From: Ramazzottius varieornatus
Lineage: Eukaryota; Animalia; Tardigrada
Direction of reading: 5' to 3'
Length of the DNA: 64,000 bases
Assembly: GCA_001949185.1 (NCBI GenBank)
Contig: BDGG01000001.1
Span: 5,447,527 to 5,511,526, forward strand
A program made the translations under genes and the position numbers. This document shows, one piece after another, positions 35,462 through 48,190 of this stretch. The notes below the pieces were generated by a model, which was given only the letters and a program-made list of their open reading frames with translations, ran no database searches and was not told where the DNA came from. Each line of letters begins with the position of its first letter. Within the stretch, counting starts at the first letter, position 1.

Positions 35462-38274
35462 AGGTCGGGATCACAACAGGGAGGGGAGCACTCTCGTACA
35501 GAGAAATTTCTGAGCCGCTGCCCAGATTCCTTCCTAGAGAAAATCTTGAGCGATCTTCCGACTTCGGAAATCGTTTTGCATGTTTTGATTGACAGGATTT
35601 GCTCTTGGTCATCCCGCCATCGGGGATATTTTTCTTGATTGTCCGCACGCTACAGACCAACCCGCCCACCGTGGACTTTGGACTCTGACGTCAGTCAACC
35701 TGTTTTGAAAGTTTTGTCCCATACTTCCGCGTTTTACATCGGGTACCACAGCAAGCGCCCAAGCCGTCCGCAGTCTTTACAGGAAAAGTTCTACGTTGTA
35801 ATAAGGGTTCGGCTAATTTATGGTAATGGGGGATAATTATTTTCTTTGAATTTACAAAGTATTACGGGCGTGGGACGAATTTCGTAATCAAGCGGGACAC
35901 GGTAAAGACACTAAAACGGAAGCAAAGCTGGGTCATTGTCATCGTCAAGATCTTGATCTAGGGGCTCCAGGTCTCCGCCCTCTTCAGCAACGTCCTCATC
36001 GGCTTGCTCGTCACCAACTGCCTCAATGCGGTCTTCCTTTGTGTCGATATCCCAGTAGTCATCCTCAAGCTTGATGCAATAGGCGAAGAGCTTGGGGAAG
36101 TCTTCTGGCTTGAAGATATCAGCAGATTCTTCCCACAGCTTGATCAGGTCAGGCAGCTTTCTGGTGGTGTTTTGCTTGGCGACATACCCTTTGCGGCGGG
36201 CCCAGCATTTTTCAATCGGGTTGAAGTCACAGTGGTAGGGCGGCAGACGAACTGTCTCGATGCCTTCTTCGGTCTTCAAATAGTCATCCATGTCGTACCT
36301 GTCGCCCACGTGATTTTTCAGAAAGTCCGTCGCCTTCCGCCACAGCTCGGCCACCAGTTCCCGCGCACCGAACTCGATCCTATGGTCAGTCAGCCACTGC
36401 TGGATTTCTTTCTTCACTCTCTTGGGTCTTCTGAACTGTGGCATCAAGCGGGAATGATAACTTGCGTTATCCAGCACGATCACAACCGTGTCATATCCGT
36501 GGAGCCGAGCAAATTCTTTCAAACGGAGAACCAGCACCTCCTTCATGAACCTAAAACCATAACAGCCAAAATTTATCATGACGTCATCGAAAACTTGAAG
36601 CATTGGCATTCCGTCACGGTAAGAGTCTCATCACATTCTTTCACAACAAGAAGGACCCAGTCGACATCTTCACTTGGTCTGCTCGGACCGGAAAGATCCA
36701 ACCAATGGTTTGCGAGATATACTCAAAAAACTCAATTTTGACCCACTTTTTACTTTTCTCAAAACCAAGCCACTTGATTGACCTGGTGCAACGAGCAAAT
36801 CTCTTCGGAATGAAAAGACCATCAAAACAAATCATACAAGATTTAATTGATTGATTTGACAGACTGGCTTACTTCTCGTAGTTTTGGTAGTTGAAATTCC
36901 CGTGGTAGTCCCCAGTGTGCTTTGAGGCTTCCCAGATAAGTCCACATCCGGGAACAAATCCCCTATCCTTCAGGAAGTCGAAAATGACCAGACGCTTTCC
37001 CGATCCACTTGGATGCGACTGTCCGCAGTCCTTGCACAGGATTTCGTCTGTGCCGGTGGATTTTTCTTTGTCGAGTTCGATCCAACTCTTGCGAAACTGG
37101 TAGTTCTCGTTTAACCAAGTCTCATCCAGGAAGGCAATCAGGGCATTCGTCTGTCGAAACTGACGAACCGCTCGGATGTAACGGATACGCCTGACTTTGA
37201 GGCTTGGGTCACCAAACAGGTGTTTAGTGGACCGATCCCGATATCGGAAGCCCATTCGACGTAACACACGATACATCGTGGATTTCGACACCTTAACACC
37301 GACTTCCTTCTCCACCAATGGCAGTAGAGATTCCACCGTGATGTGTATCTTACTCTTGTACTCCCGGTGAATGATCGCACGAATTTTTCCGTATTCCGAC
37401 TCCTTCAACAAGTGCCGACCGAATTTCGCGACTCGCGACACCCTCCATTTCTTCCGCCTCGACAACCGGGTCCAAGGTTTCATATACGTCATCTTCCGTA
37501 ACGGTGTTGCTCTCGACTGCAGTTCCGCTCGGTGGACCAGTTATCAAATCCCAGTTCGTAGTGATGTTCTGGATGGTGCGTGGACTTCGCTGGCACAAAT
37601 GCGCGACTGCCTTACGGCGACCTGCCAGAGTGGTCAGAGTATATTTATTCGACCCAAAAAACGACTGACCCAGCACTTTCCATAAATGAGCAATATGCCT
37701 CACATCCACGGGATACAGAGAAGAACTGGAAGACATCTCTCAGCTTCCTGTTAGTTTTGTCAGACTACGGTATACGCTATTGTAGAATACTGTGGTGCAT
37801 TTGAAAACTGAGGAGACGGTTTTCGCTTGTGTTTGATGGAAGCTCTTATCTCTCCAGTTTTTTCCTGGCTGACTCTTCATACTTTCCAGCTGTAATAGGA
37901 GAAGACAACAAGGAAGTTGTCTCGACTCTATCGTTTTCCAACGTGCAGCATGAAGGTCAGATGCCAGGAGGCCGATAAGAATATCGTCTGTGCCGGTACC
38001 TTTTACATTTCACGCACGCAACAGATTTCATTTTTTGCCTGCTGACGTCAGAGTCCAAAGTCCACGGTGAGCGGGTTGGTCTGTAGCGTGCGGACAATCA
38101 AGAAAAATATCCCCGATGGCGGGATGACCAAGAGCAAATCCTGTCAATCAGAACATGCAAAACGATTTCCGAAGTCGGAAGATCGCTCAAGATTTTCTCT
38201 AGGAAGGAATCTGGGCAGCGGCTCAGAAATTTCTCTGTACGAGAGTGCTCCCCTCCCTGTTGTGATCCCAACCT
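35462..38274 (-). mobile_element. IS630/Tc1/mariner element, Sailor-like (DD85E), with 233-bp TIRs and TA TSD
   Basis: TIRs 35462-35694 and 38042-38274 differ at only ~3 positions; TA at 35460-61 and 38275-76; encodes a DDE transposase. Confidence 0.9.
35911..37736 (-). pseudogene. DD85E transposase with one spliceosomal intron and one frameshift
   Basis: HTH region VSKSTMYRVLRRMGF, then FLDETW, GDYHGNFN, intron 36872-36551 (AA|gtaag...tttag|G), LDNASYHS, 85 aa, LPPYHCDFNPIE. Frame break near 37410-37430. Confidence 0.85.
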
Positions 38275-38823
38275 TACACTTCAATGACCGGCCAAAATTT
38301 TGTCGACTGGTGAAGCGTGAAATCCGTCTTACTATATGTTCACGGTGCTCGCTCGCGCACTCATAACGTAACCTCGAGAATGTAGGTAGTCGTTACTGAT
38401 GGAAAGAGTAAAGCCGCTTGAAGTGAGCAAAGCCACACTGAACGCATGGTAAGCTTTGTTCGCACATGGCAACACCTAAACCAGTCTTTTTCTTGCACGT
38501 AGCTGTAAAAATATTCGAAAGTGAACTAGCCGAAAGTTGTCGGCGCAAGCGAGATGCAAGTTCAGGACATTCTGGCAGGTTCGCTCAGAGTTTCACGATG
38601 TTTGTATCCAGTCCTTTTTGCCCGCAATGCCATAAAGAGAATTCGAATAACAACTTCTTGTTTTGGAAATTATGTTTCAATCGACTTGTGACTTTTAATG
38701 TGTCTGGATATTGAAGGTACGGGAAATAATCTTATGTTCTCATCAGACATAATATGGAAATCCGAAACGTTAAAATTCTGTAGAGATCTGTTAAGAGCTG
38801 TTTCCATAATGAAAGCGTGCTTA

Positions 38824-41538
38824 TCAGTGAAAGCATTGCACATATTGATATTGCTCGTCCGCAACCAACCCATGAAGTTCTGGATCCAGGCCTTGTTGAT
38901 CGATCTCATCCGCATCCTCCATGTCCGGGAGGTTAATTTCGCGCGTTGGCTCCGCAGTCAGCGGCAAGTCCCCGAGTGGTCGCTCGAGATACTTCTGAGC
39001 GACTTGTTTGTGATCAATTCGGTACTCTTTATGAACATTGGTTAGGGTGAGTCCGTTGAGGCGATTATTGCCCATACGTAAACGAAGGTAATTCTTCTCA
39101 ATCCTCAACGTTGAGAAGGAACGTTCGCCTGTTGCGGCAGTGACGAGGGCAACGGCAAAGATCTCCATGAGCGAGTAGACGTCGCTGAAGCGCTCCGTGT
39201 ACAAGTTGCTAATAAGTTACTTCAGTGTTTCGCCTGCAGTCTTGGGGAAACGCATTTCTTTCACCTGAAAAGGATTGATCTTTAATCCAGAAACAACGAT
39301 TGTTGATAATGGGAACGATACACAAAATGACGTGAACCTCTTCAGCAATCCAGTAGTTTTACCATTGCTGCAACTTCCCTACAAACTTTCCAAATGTTTG
39401 GGAAGTGACGTCGTCTTTGTAGAACACAAAAGTATCATCGAACTATTCCATATTGGATGGAAGCGCAAGGACTTGCAAAGGAATAAGGAGGGACAAATCT
39501 CGGGAGTTCTTGCCGAAGCGAGATTCGTGCAACGCGATTAGTTCTGTTATGAAAGGTATGAGAAATTTCTTCTCGTAAAATTGTTTGGGGTCAGCGGGCA
39601 TGGTTTCGGCCGGTACTGCTCGCTTCATTTCATCGAAGTGCCGCTTCTGTGCTATCACCCAGGTTAGTCTCGGTTCTATGCCGTCTGGTCCGAAAACATC
39701 CACTGCATCTTTCCAACACGCATCCACGGCTTCCTGCTGTGCCCAAGTAGGAGACGTAAGCCGAGGAGGTCGTCGAGCAGACCCTCAACTGCTTCGTGGT
39801 AGTCAATGTCGGCCCGTTACAGTTCGGCGCTTCATTGATTGATCTTATCGAGCAGAGGTTCAGCCACCTGTAACACATAACACCCTTCGTTGAGTGACGA
39901 GAAAACCGGTCAACGCTTAACATTATTCTTTTCTTACACAAAGCGAAAACAGGAACTCGTAATCCATGATTGCTTTCCGGAGGTTTGTTGCAACAGTTCT
40001 TGCTGCCGGCGCAGTCGCTTCCTGCGCGATTTCCAGCGCAGCATTAAGTATTGATACGGTGTATTCGCGCACCGAAGTTGCGATCTAAGAGATACTGACC
40101 CATCTGGTTTTTGCTCGGGGTTTCGGAACGCCACCTCTTAAATAAGGTGGCGCCATGTTAATGTGCTTTTTGAGAATCAAGTTTCGGCCTGGAGTATTAA
40201 AGAAATTCCCCGCTTAATTGAGAGTCATCAGCAGGTTACGGCCCACAGATGACTCCATGGTCTTCTCCACCACTTGGTTAAGACGGTGAGCAAAGCAGTG
40301 TACAAAGAGCGCTTTGAGATTTATTTCTAATATGCGCGCCTGCACTCTGATGAACTTTCCCCCCATATTCGATCCGCCGTCGAAGCCCTGCCCACGAAGA
40401 TCCTCCATTTACAGGCCAAAAGACTTGATTTCCGTTTGTATGAGCCCAGCGATAGTCTCCCCTGTGTAGATAAACTGAAATTATTAAGTGAAATTTCTCA
40501 TAAATCAGCCGTCACAGACCACAGAAAAAGTACCTACCAGTCGTTCTTCTCGTGGCATCCGTAAACTTGATGAACTTTGTTTGATGTCTCCTCTAAAGAC
40601 GTAGCGGATAACCAAGGTGAGCTGGTCGATTTTGCCCGTGCCAATGGTTCCGTCCGCGATGATAGAAGAATACCGACTTGCTCGTACCTGCATAAAAGTT
40701 CATCTCGTAAAATTACTTATTCTGCCAGGCTACCAACCAGTTATATCAATACAATGAACGTCTTACCTCCGCCAAGATTTGTTCACGGATCTGTCGACCT
40801 TGCAGGACGATGATTTTGTTCTGTGGTCCGCTTAAAGTGAAACGCTTCCGACCCGGGGGTCGACGTCAGATGACGTAAAAGTATCTCGTCACCGGCGTCG
40901 ATGCGCATCATTATTAGTGCTGCGAAGTTGCTGTACCGCCAGAGAGGGGATTCGTACAGTTGGCGAATGGTGACTGGGGGTTTTCCTTCCGAGCAATGAC
41001 CATATCTTTGCTGCCGTTTCGGCCGCTGTCTGACGTGGATTCCTCGTATGGCGGTTCAGAGCTTGTGTAGCACGCGTGCCTCCGGACACAAACTTCGAGT
41101 TGGCCAACTCAGTAGAAGGATAGTAATTAGCCGGGTGTGCAAAACCCAAGCACAGTACTTGCGGTACAGAGCGTCCTCGCGCTTGGTGTAAATCAGGAAA
41201 TCATAGACCGGCAACCATTCAGAGTAATTCTTGAAAAGTGCCCCGCCACTGTCCTTCACTCTGGTTGGATCCATCTCGGGTGGACCTTGACTCAGTAGAT
41301 CATGGATAGCTATGTCATCGTCGATGACTTCGACGTCTTCACGGATGTAGTCAGCGATATCATACGCGTACTCGTTGACTCGGCGGTTGCAAACGATGTC
41401 ATCTGCTCGTGGGGCGTCCCATCGTCTTCGGCCACCTATCCGGAGTCTGTATACAGAACATACGATGCATTTTATAGTAAATAAACCAAAGTGATTTTAG
41501 CAGTATGTGATTCTACCTACCTTTCAGTGATCCGCCAT
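38824..41538 (-). pseudogene. hAT transposase (ZMYM1/THAP12-like: TTF zinc finger, DUF4371, hATC dimerisation); fragmented
   Basis: FLIYTKREDALYRKYC, YSSIIADGT...DQLTLVIRYV, LRGQGFDGGSNMGG...FVHCFAHRLN, TAATGERSFSTL..KNYLR..MGNNRLNGL; multiple frameshifts and stops. Confidence 0.85.
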
Positions 41539-42519
41539 ATCTAACAAAGTGAAGACTTCGCGATCATCCTTAATGGTCAACGTACCGTTTCCGATGTTGG
41601 AAAAAACAGGGTGATATTCAGCGAGACAATAACCAAGTAAAACCAAAGAAATCAATCGCAGAGCAAGCATTCTGCAGCGCCACGAGCCAGTAACTCGCGC
41701 TCGAAAAAGTCAGCGTTTTGAGAGCTCACACTAATGGCACACAACGTCCAACTAGAGCTTTATGAATGCGATTTCTCCATGTAAATTATGCCATCGGACT
41801 TCTGAAAATGCTTGCCAATAACAAACGGACGCGGATTTGATTGCGTAACTTACGCCTCTTGGACAGAAAAATTTGCGTTCGTTTGGCACTAATACCATTA
41901 CTTTTCTTGTAAGAGAGTACCTGTGCAGTATCTGCTTTGTTCTGTGAAACCGAACTTGTCATGCTGAAGCGTTCAGCTCGATCCATTGCGTCGATATTGC
42001 TCATTATCGCTTGTTGCGTAACGGATAACATAAAGATGCGCAGTGCTGCTGTTCATAAGTTTTATTATTTACAGGAAAACTAACCTTATACCATGATATA
42101 ATACCATGATCATGATTATAAGCACAGAAGACTCCATCGAGACACTATAACGTTTGGGAATAGTCGACCGGTCATTAAAGTGTATTTGACCGTCAGATCG
42201 GCTAGATTCTTTTTCCCTACACCTCAGGAACCATGTACTATCGACATGCATCAAGACACCCGGGAGAATCCATTTTTGTCTTCCCATTGGTCAAAAAAAT
42301 GATGACGTATATCCAACTTACCTCTTCTGCACAAATTAATTTCAATCCTGGGAACCTATGGGTTTAGTTGTATCAAGCCAGCGTTGTACGATGGCGTGCG
42401 TTGCTATGCCAGTGCAAGCACAGTGCACAAACAACGCGGCCAACAATCTGGCAAGTTACACTCAAGGAAAATATGACTAAACTGCCGTGTGACTCAGCAC
42501 CTTCCGGCAGTATGGGAAT

Positions 42520-42695
42520 AAGCTTGCCTCGACCCGACCGGGTCGAGCAACCCGCGGTCGAATGTTCGTCGACCCCAGCGACCCGTTCGACCCCAGGGTA
42601 GACATCATTCGTTCAACCAATCGAAGCCAACAACGGCGGGTCGATTTGGGTCGGGGTCGACGAGCAGTCGGACCCCGGGTTGCTCGACCGAAGTT
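42520..42695. repeat. GC-rich palindromic repeat of CGACCC/GGGTCG units (MITE-like foldback)
   Basis: GGTCGAGCAACCCGCGGTC at ~42541 is inverted against GACCCCGGGTTGCTCGACC at ~42671; many internal TCGACCC units. Confidence 0.55.
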
Positions 42696-43459
42696 CTTCC
42701 GCGCGGCCGTCCGGACATCTCGAGCATGTATCAGTCAGAGAGATCAAACGATACGTCATCAAACACAGGTACCAAGCCTGCTAAAACGTCACGTTTTAAA
42801 TTACCAATCAAGAATGCAGCCTAAAACATCGGCCTATGCCGGTAAGTAAGCCACTCGCATATTCCCCATTCAGCAGGGAGCGCTGCCGTGTGCGCCTACG
42901 ATCATTGGCTGTGTCTATCATATAGGCTGTCTTGAGTAGGCGCAGCGCTGAAAATTCTGTCCTGGTTACATTTTTCTGCTCAAATTATCCAAATTGTTCT
43001 GCCGTTCGCGCACCGAAGAATATTTTGCTCGGTTCCGGGCTCAGACAAACCGCTCCCATAACTTCGACACAATAAGTGCTTTTTTACATGCCTCTTATTT
43101 TGCCCCAAGCTGAAAAAATGGCAATTTTTTGCGAGGAGGTTTTTAAGAAGCAAATAACTCTTCAAAAGGAGACGGCTGAAGTCAACAGTTTGCCACGTTT
43201 GCAAGAATTCTTGATTCTTGATCGGTAAACGTAGCTGCGATCGAACCTAGCGCAGGACCTAACTGCCGGCCCTTTGGCACCATTATTCACTGATTGTCCC
43301 AGTGACTTGACTTATCCGCAGAATGTCTAGCTGAAGCGACATGAAGAGAAAGTGAACAAGAAAAGCAAGAAACAATGATTTCTTCGCTCGAAAAAGGCGT
43401 GCTGCAGTGGGCATAGAACTTAAGATCATGAGGACGGCGGGAAACTCACTTTCTTGGCG

Positions 43460-46400
43460 CACACTATTTTCTATGTGAGTATCTCCATATGGGTAAAGTA
43501 AAAACCCTAAATCATGAATTTTTTCCAACTGTTCAGAAATTGACTTTGTGTCTGGGCACCTGAGGGCGATTCCAGGGTTTCTGTACGATGCGATAGAGCA
43601 ACTCAAGAGCTTTTTATTGCGCTTTACAAAAATTTCACCAGAATTATGAGACGGAAGATATTGACGGGCAACCAAGGGTGAGAAAATGAAAATTTCGAAA
43701 GCGCAATATTCTAAAATGAAACTGAAATATGCTTTGAAACTGAACACTAGAATTGCGATCACGTTTGAAAACGCAAATGAGACAGTGAGGGGTTGAGGTA
43801 ATACATTTGTAATTATTCCTCGTCGAGTTCCCCATTGCTTTCGTCTTCCGAATCTTCGTCCATCGGCTCTTTGTACACTGACTTAACGTAAGCGATCCAT
43901 TCTTCTTGCTTGTCAGAGGATACGAACTGGGTAATCTCGTCGATGAGTTGGTTCTTGCGGATCTCGTCAAGGCCTGCAACGTGGAGCTCTCTCGGGGTAG
44001 GCCTCTCGTCTACTAGCTTTTGACGTTCTGCCTGAGTGTCCTTCCTTACTCTCTTTTTGTGATTGTATTCGAGGACCAGCTCTTTCTCTGCGTCCCCTTC
44101 GACAGCACAGTGACGGAGCTTTACACCTTGATCTTCGCTTTTGAAGAGCCGGAAGTAGAATGATCGCTGTATGCCCTTCACTTCGTCGTAACGGGGTTCG
44201 AGGTACGCGTTCCAGCTGAACGGTGCTGAAAGGCGACTTCGCCTTTTACAAACGTCAAAGAGTGCTTCACCTGCTGACCGACCCTTTCACGTAGCTCGTT
44301 GGGTAAGTCCAGATTCAGATGTCGAAACACACACTTGAACAGCCCGAAAACGCATCAGGGCTAAATTTGGTATGCCCAACGGGTAGGAAGTGAACTTCTA
44401 CTTTCTTATACCTGCCACTGTTGATCGGATAAGCAGAGTAGCCGATCAAGAACCGATTCCTGTTCTGGCCGCCTGTAAATGGATAGTCTTTCGTGAGACG
44501 TAAAAATAGTACTGGAATAATTATTATAGAATAAGTACGTGCCCCAGTTGTCGCAGTGCATAATCAGCTTTTCTTCTCCGTTTTGATTTTGTGAGAGGTA
44601 ATAGTCCACCATGGAAATCACAGAGTCTGGTCCGTGGGTTCCCGTGCCATTCTGCCCTGTTGTATTCCCTTCGTCCATCAGGAAGAAATGGCTCTTGGAG
44701 CCCGAAAAGTGCCATTTTCAGGAGTCTGTAAAAACTGGAATTATTAAGTTATTGCTATTAATTCAGGTTATCGCTATCACCTTGAAATGAGAAGGACCAG
44801 CTTGATCCGTATGGTTGGGCAGGGCAACGCTCTGCGCGAAATCGATGACACGCGTTCCCTTCACACCGGGAGGGAACTGCTGGTTATCGGACGTGATGTG
44901 CTTTGCGTAGAGTTCCTTGCTGGCTAAAATGCGAGCCTTATATGCAGCTCGTTCGTCCTTGGCGTGCTTCCGGTGAGCGTCCCATTGCAGTCGCAAATCG
45001 TCCACAACCTTGCCCATGCGGCTGCCATTGTAAATCTGGCTGATCAGTTGGTCACAAGTACCACACAAGTCAGTGCGTAGTCCGCGGATTTTCACGTGTC
45101 CGACAAGTCTGCGCCACATCGAACAAAATGTGCTTCTTGAAAATGGCTGTTTTATCGTGCCGTCTTCGTTTGGAGTTCCGTGTTTCTTACAGAACATGTC
45201 AAACAAGGAAGTTATGCTGAAGTCCGAAGGTAGGTAGATGGAGGGAGGTTTAATGGCAGCTCTTGTCGGCGTTGGCATGGGCAGTCCGAAAAGCGACGCC
45301 TTTTCCAGGAGGAAGTTAACAATCCATAGGGACTTTTCCGGTTTCAACGTGCTGTTGCTTTTTTTACCAATGTGATTGTGGGCAAATGGAAACCTCCGTT
45401 TCTAACACAGTCTCTCGGCCGCTTCAGACGGGAGTCTCTGATATTGTTGACGTACTTGAATCCACCACGGCAGAGGTCAAACCCCGTGTACGCAAACTGA
45501 TACCTGGCTTCGCGAGGGTCATCTTCAGTTTTATCCCTTGGGAATGCACTGATGAGGAAGCCGATCAGGACGGCGAAGCGTTCATTACGGCTCAGGTCAA
45601 ACAGGCTGTGACGGCGATTGATGCATTGCTCTTTGGTCAGCTTGCCACAATCTTTGTTGCATTGGTGATGCTGCTTGAACGTTTCGTATTCGGCGTCTTT
45701 CTTCTCCGCATTCCACTTCTTCACTTTTTCCACGACGTCCAGTCTGTTGCACATAACTCAGTTAACGATTGGCATAATTAAATGCTAGGCTAAAAACGTT
45801 GATGTTCCTAAGTGCGTTCAGTTGTAAATGCAAATAATCCGATGCGACCCGGGACCATGCAGGTCTTCGGTGACCACTCCGGGGACCTGCATGGTCATTG
45901 GAAGCCAGGATGGTCACTGGCACCTGGAGACCATGCAAGTTCTCGGTGACCATCCCGTCATCCGGTTGTTAATTAATTATTGCAAGGTATGATTTGCTCC
46001 TATTAATCAACCTAACCTGCTGCTCATCGGTAACGACAGCGTCGACTATTACTTCGGCAGCTTCTTGTTCGGCCATCATTTGGCGTTCCAGGTCTTCGTT
46101 GTAGATATGGTCATACGAGTCCTCCATTGTTATTCCATTTCCGTCCTCCAAGTCGTACATGGTTATAGTTTGGTTGAGATGTTCACTGGCCGCCAATGGG
46201 CCATCATCGGCATGAAAAGTGTCCGTGGAGAACTCCATATCGGGAAAAGCCGGAGTGCAAAGCGGTGCTGTAATTAGTGGTCCACTCGGATCTTGGTCGT
46301 CTTCATCCTCTGCGAACATTAGACTCTTTCACATACCATCGTAAAATACCCCGAATTCCCTAATTGATATTTTGCAACTCGAGTACAAAGTGGGCGTATA

Positions 46401-48190
46401 AAATGCTCAGGAAACCTTTGTGACAAGCAACCGTTCGTATAGACTTACCAGTATCACCGTCCGACTCATCTCCTTCTTTCCCTCTAGTATATGCTTGCGG
46501 TGCTACAGCCACATTAGTGCTTCCATAGCGCATGCCGGTCGGGTTGATCTGGACGCTTGTTGGTGCTTTTTTGCAGAACTTGAGATTCTCAGTTAGCCGA
46601 TCCGTCTTTGGAGTCCCGATAATCTCGCCACAGTATTTACATTCATGAGGACAATTTTTATTGATTTGGATGGTTTGCTTGTGAAAGTGAGTGAACAATT
46701 ATTATCCACCATTTTGTCGTCACGTAAAATCTGAAACCGCGGTACATTCTTTCGGGGAATCTGCATGGTCTAATTTTGTGTTTCTTCGTATCGAACTTTC
46801 CTTCTTGGAACTTCAATCTTTCTAACCATCTGTACCCGTGTGCTAAACATGCTCGTTTCAATTATCTACTTTGCGGGCTGATAGATGTGGCCTTAAAGCC
46901 ACTAACGAAGGAAGATCTGTTACACAAGCGCTCCAGAGGGGTGCACCACCGGCTAGTGACCGATACAGGATAAGGCCAGCGTGGCAGCTTCCACTGATAG
47001 ACTTGTGAGTTTCGCCTTGCGAACTTTAGTCTGTTGAATTTCTTCTGGCTGATCTTTACCGTCTGCACGATACTCTTCCCATAAGAGCCTATCTTTCTTT
47101 CCCATTTTTTTCAGCAAACAAGTCGCAAAATGTTCAAAGCCGCATTTGTTTGCTTCTTCATGCTCGCTGCTCCCACGGACGCCATTCTGGGACCACTCCT
47201 CGGCACTGTCCAAGGATTATCTCCAGATGTAGTGGCCTATGTCGCGCCCTTTGTCAAGGAAATTCGAGACGTGAGTAATGGTCCTTGACTTATAATTAGT
47301 AGTTTTCCTCGCGTAAACCATTGACTGAATTTTTTGGACTGCTTCTTTATATGGATGCATTTGTAGGTTGTGAATAACTACCACGTGACCAAGCAAATCT
47401 CCCACGAACAGGCCGATGTCCAACTTGTCGAGTACGTGAACGACTGTTACGAAGCCATGGATCAGAAGTGCTACAAGGAGAAGGTTCCAATGGAAGAAGA
47501 GATCCACTGCCTCAAGATTGCTGTCGGCGCTGTGGTCGTTCTGATGGTGATCAAAGGTACGTGCCTGCTTTATGCGTTCTGCGGTTACGTGTATAATTCT
47601 TATCGCTTTCGCTAGAATAATCATGGTGGCACTCTTGCAGGCATCTGCTTCGTCTTGTTCCTCAATAAGGATCGCCTCAACCACCGGGAAGTGATGGTCG
47701 CTCTGCGTGCTCAGCCGAATACCGCCTAACTTTTGTTCGAGCAGTATACATGTTCAAGCCGTATTTTCGATAGTACTCTGTCTGTCTCTGTTCAGCTTTA
47801 CTTACTCTGGCTTGTCTCATGTACACTTCTTTGTTGGCCAACTCACAGTACAGACGGGTTGAATGTTCATCTGCGTTGCTTATGGCATTAAATGTGAACA
47901 GCCATCAATACTTGAGACGCAGCAGTTCTTAATTAATAAAAATCAAAAATCTCCACATTTGCATAATTTTAGGGAAAAAAAGTGTCGTTCAGGGGTTTTC
48001 TTTTCTTCCCAAGACCGACGAAATTTCAACGTTTTTTGCCGGCTTCTTTGTTTGCGGCATTTTAGAGTTCGATGCAGCTTTTTTTTCTTTACAAGATAGC
48101 CTAAGAAAAGCACATTTCGGAATTTTCGCATGATTTAGGGTTTCTACTTAACAGTACCCATTTCGGAACACACTCACACGGTGCGCTGGG
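43460..48190. mobile_element. Putative boundaries of the Sola-type element (diverged inverted termini)
   Basis: AAGTAAAAACCCTAAATCATG (43496-43516) matches 20/21 to the reverse complement of 48129-48149, with weaker similarity extending outward (TGTGAGT..ATGGGTA). Confidence 0.45.
43813..46319 (-). pseudogene. Sola-type (probably Sola2-like) DDD transposase; spliced and frameshifted
   Basis: CxxC RTDLCGTCDQL, VIDFAQ, FLMDEG, SVISMVDYYL, HCDNW|GGQNRN, FLPVGHTKFSPD and C-terminal GLDEIRKNQLIDEITQF, spread over ORFs 46319-45969, 45754-45344, 45347-44763, 44678-44406 and 44181-43813. Confidence 0.7.

Larger units (their letters stand above)
35285..42360 (-). mobile_element. hAT-superfamily DNA transposon with ~200-bp TIRs; left TIR interrupted by a nested element
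   Basis: CATAGGTTTCCAGGATTGAAATT... at 35285 matches the reverse complement ending at 42360. The TIR resumes after 38276 (TACACTTCAATGACCGG versus 42166-42184). Flanking 8-mers GTTTTGGT and GGTTTAGT match 6/8, consistent with a decayed 8-bp TSD. Confidence 0.85.

Noticed and set aside
36004-36741. 245-aa plus-strand ORF
   Set aside because: It is the antisense shadow of the DD85E transposase exon and has no independent motifs.
35343-38366. Near-identical ORFs at 35343-35669 (-) and 38067-38366 (+) suggesting a duplicated gene
   Set aside because: They are simply translations of the two TIRs.
43225-43285. GGTTCGATC B-box-like motif on the minus strand (tRNA or SINE)
   Set aside because: No convincing cloverleaf or A-box could be built.
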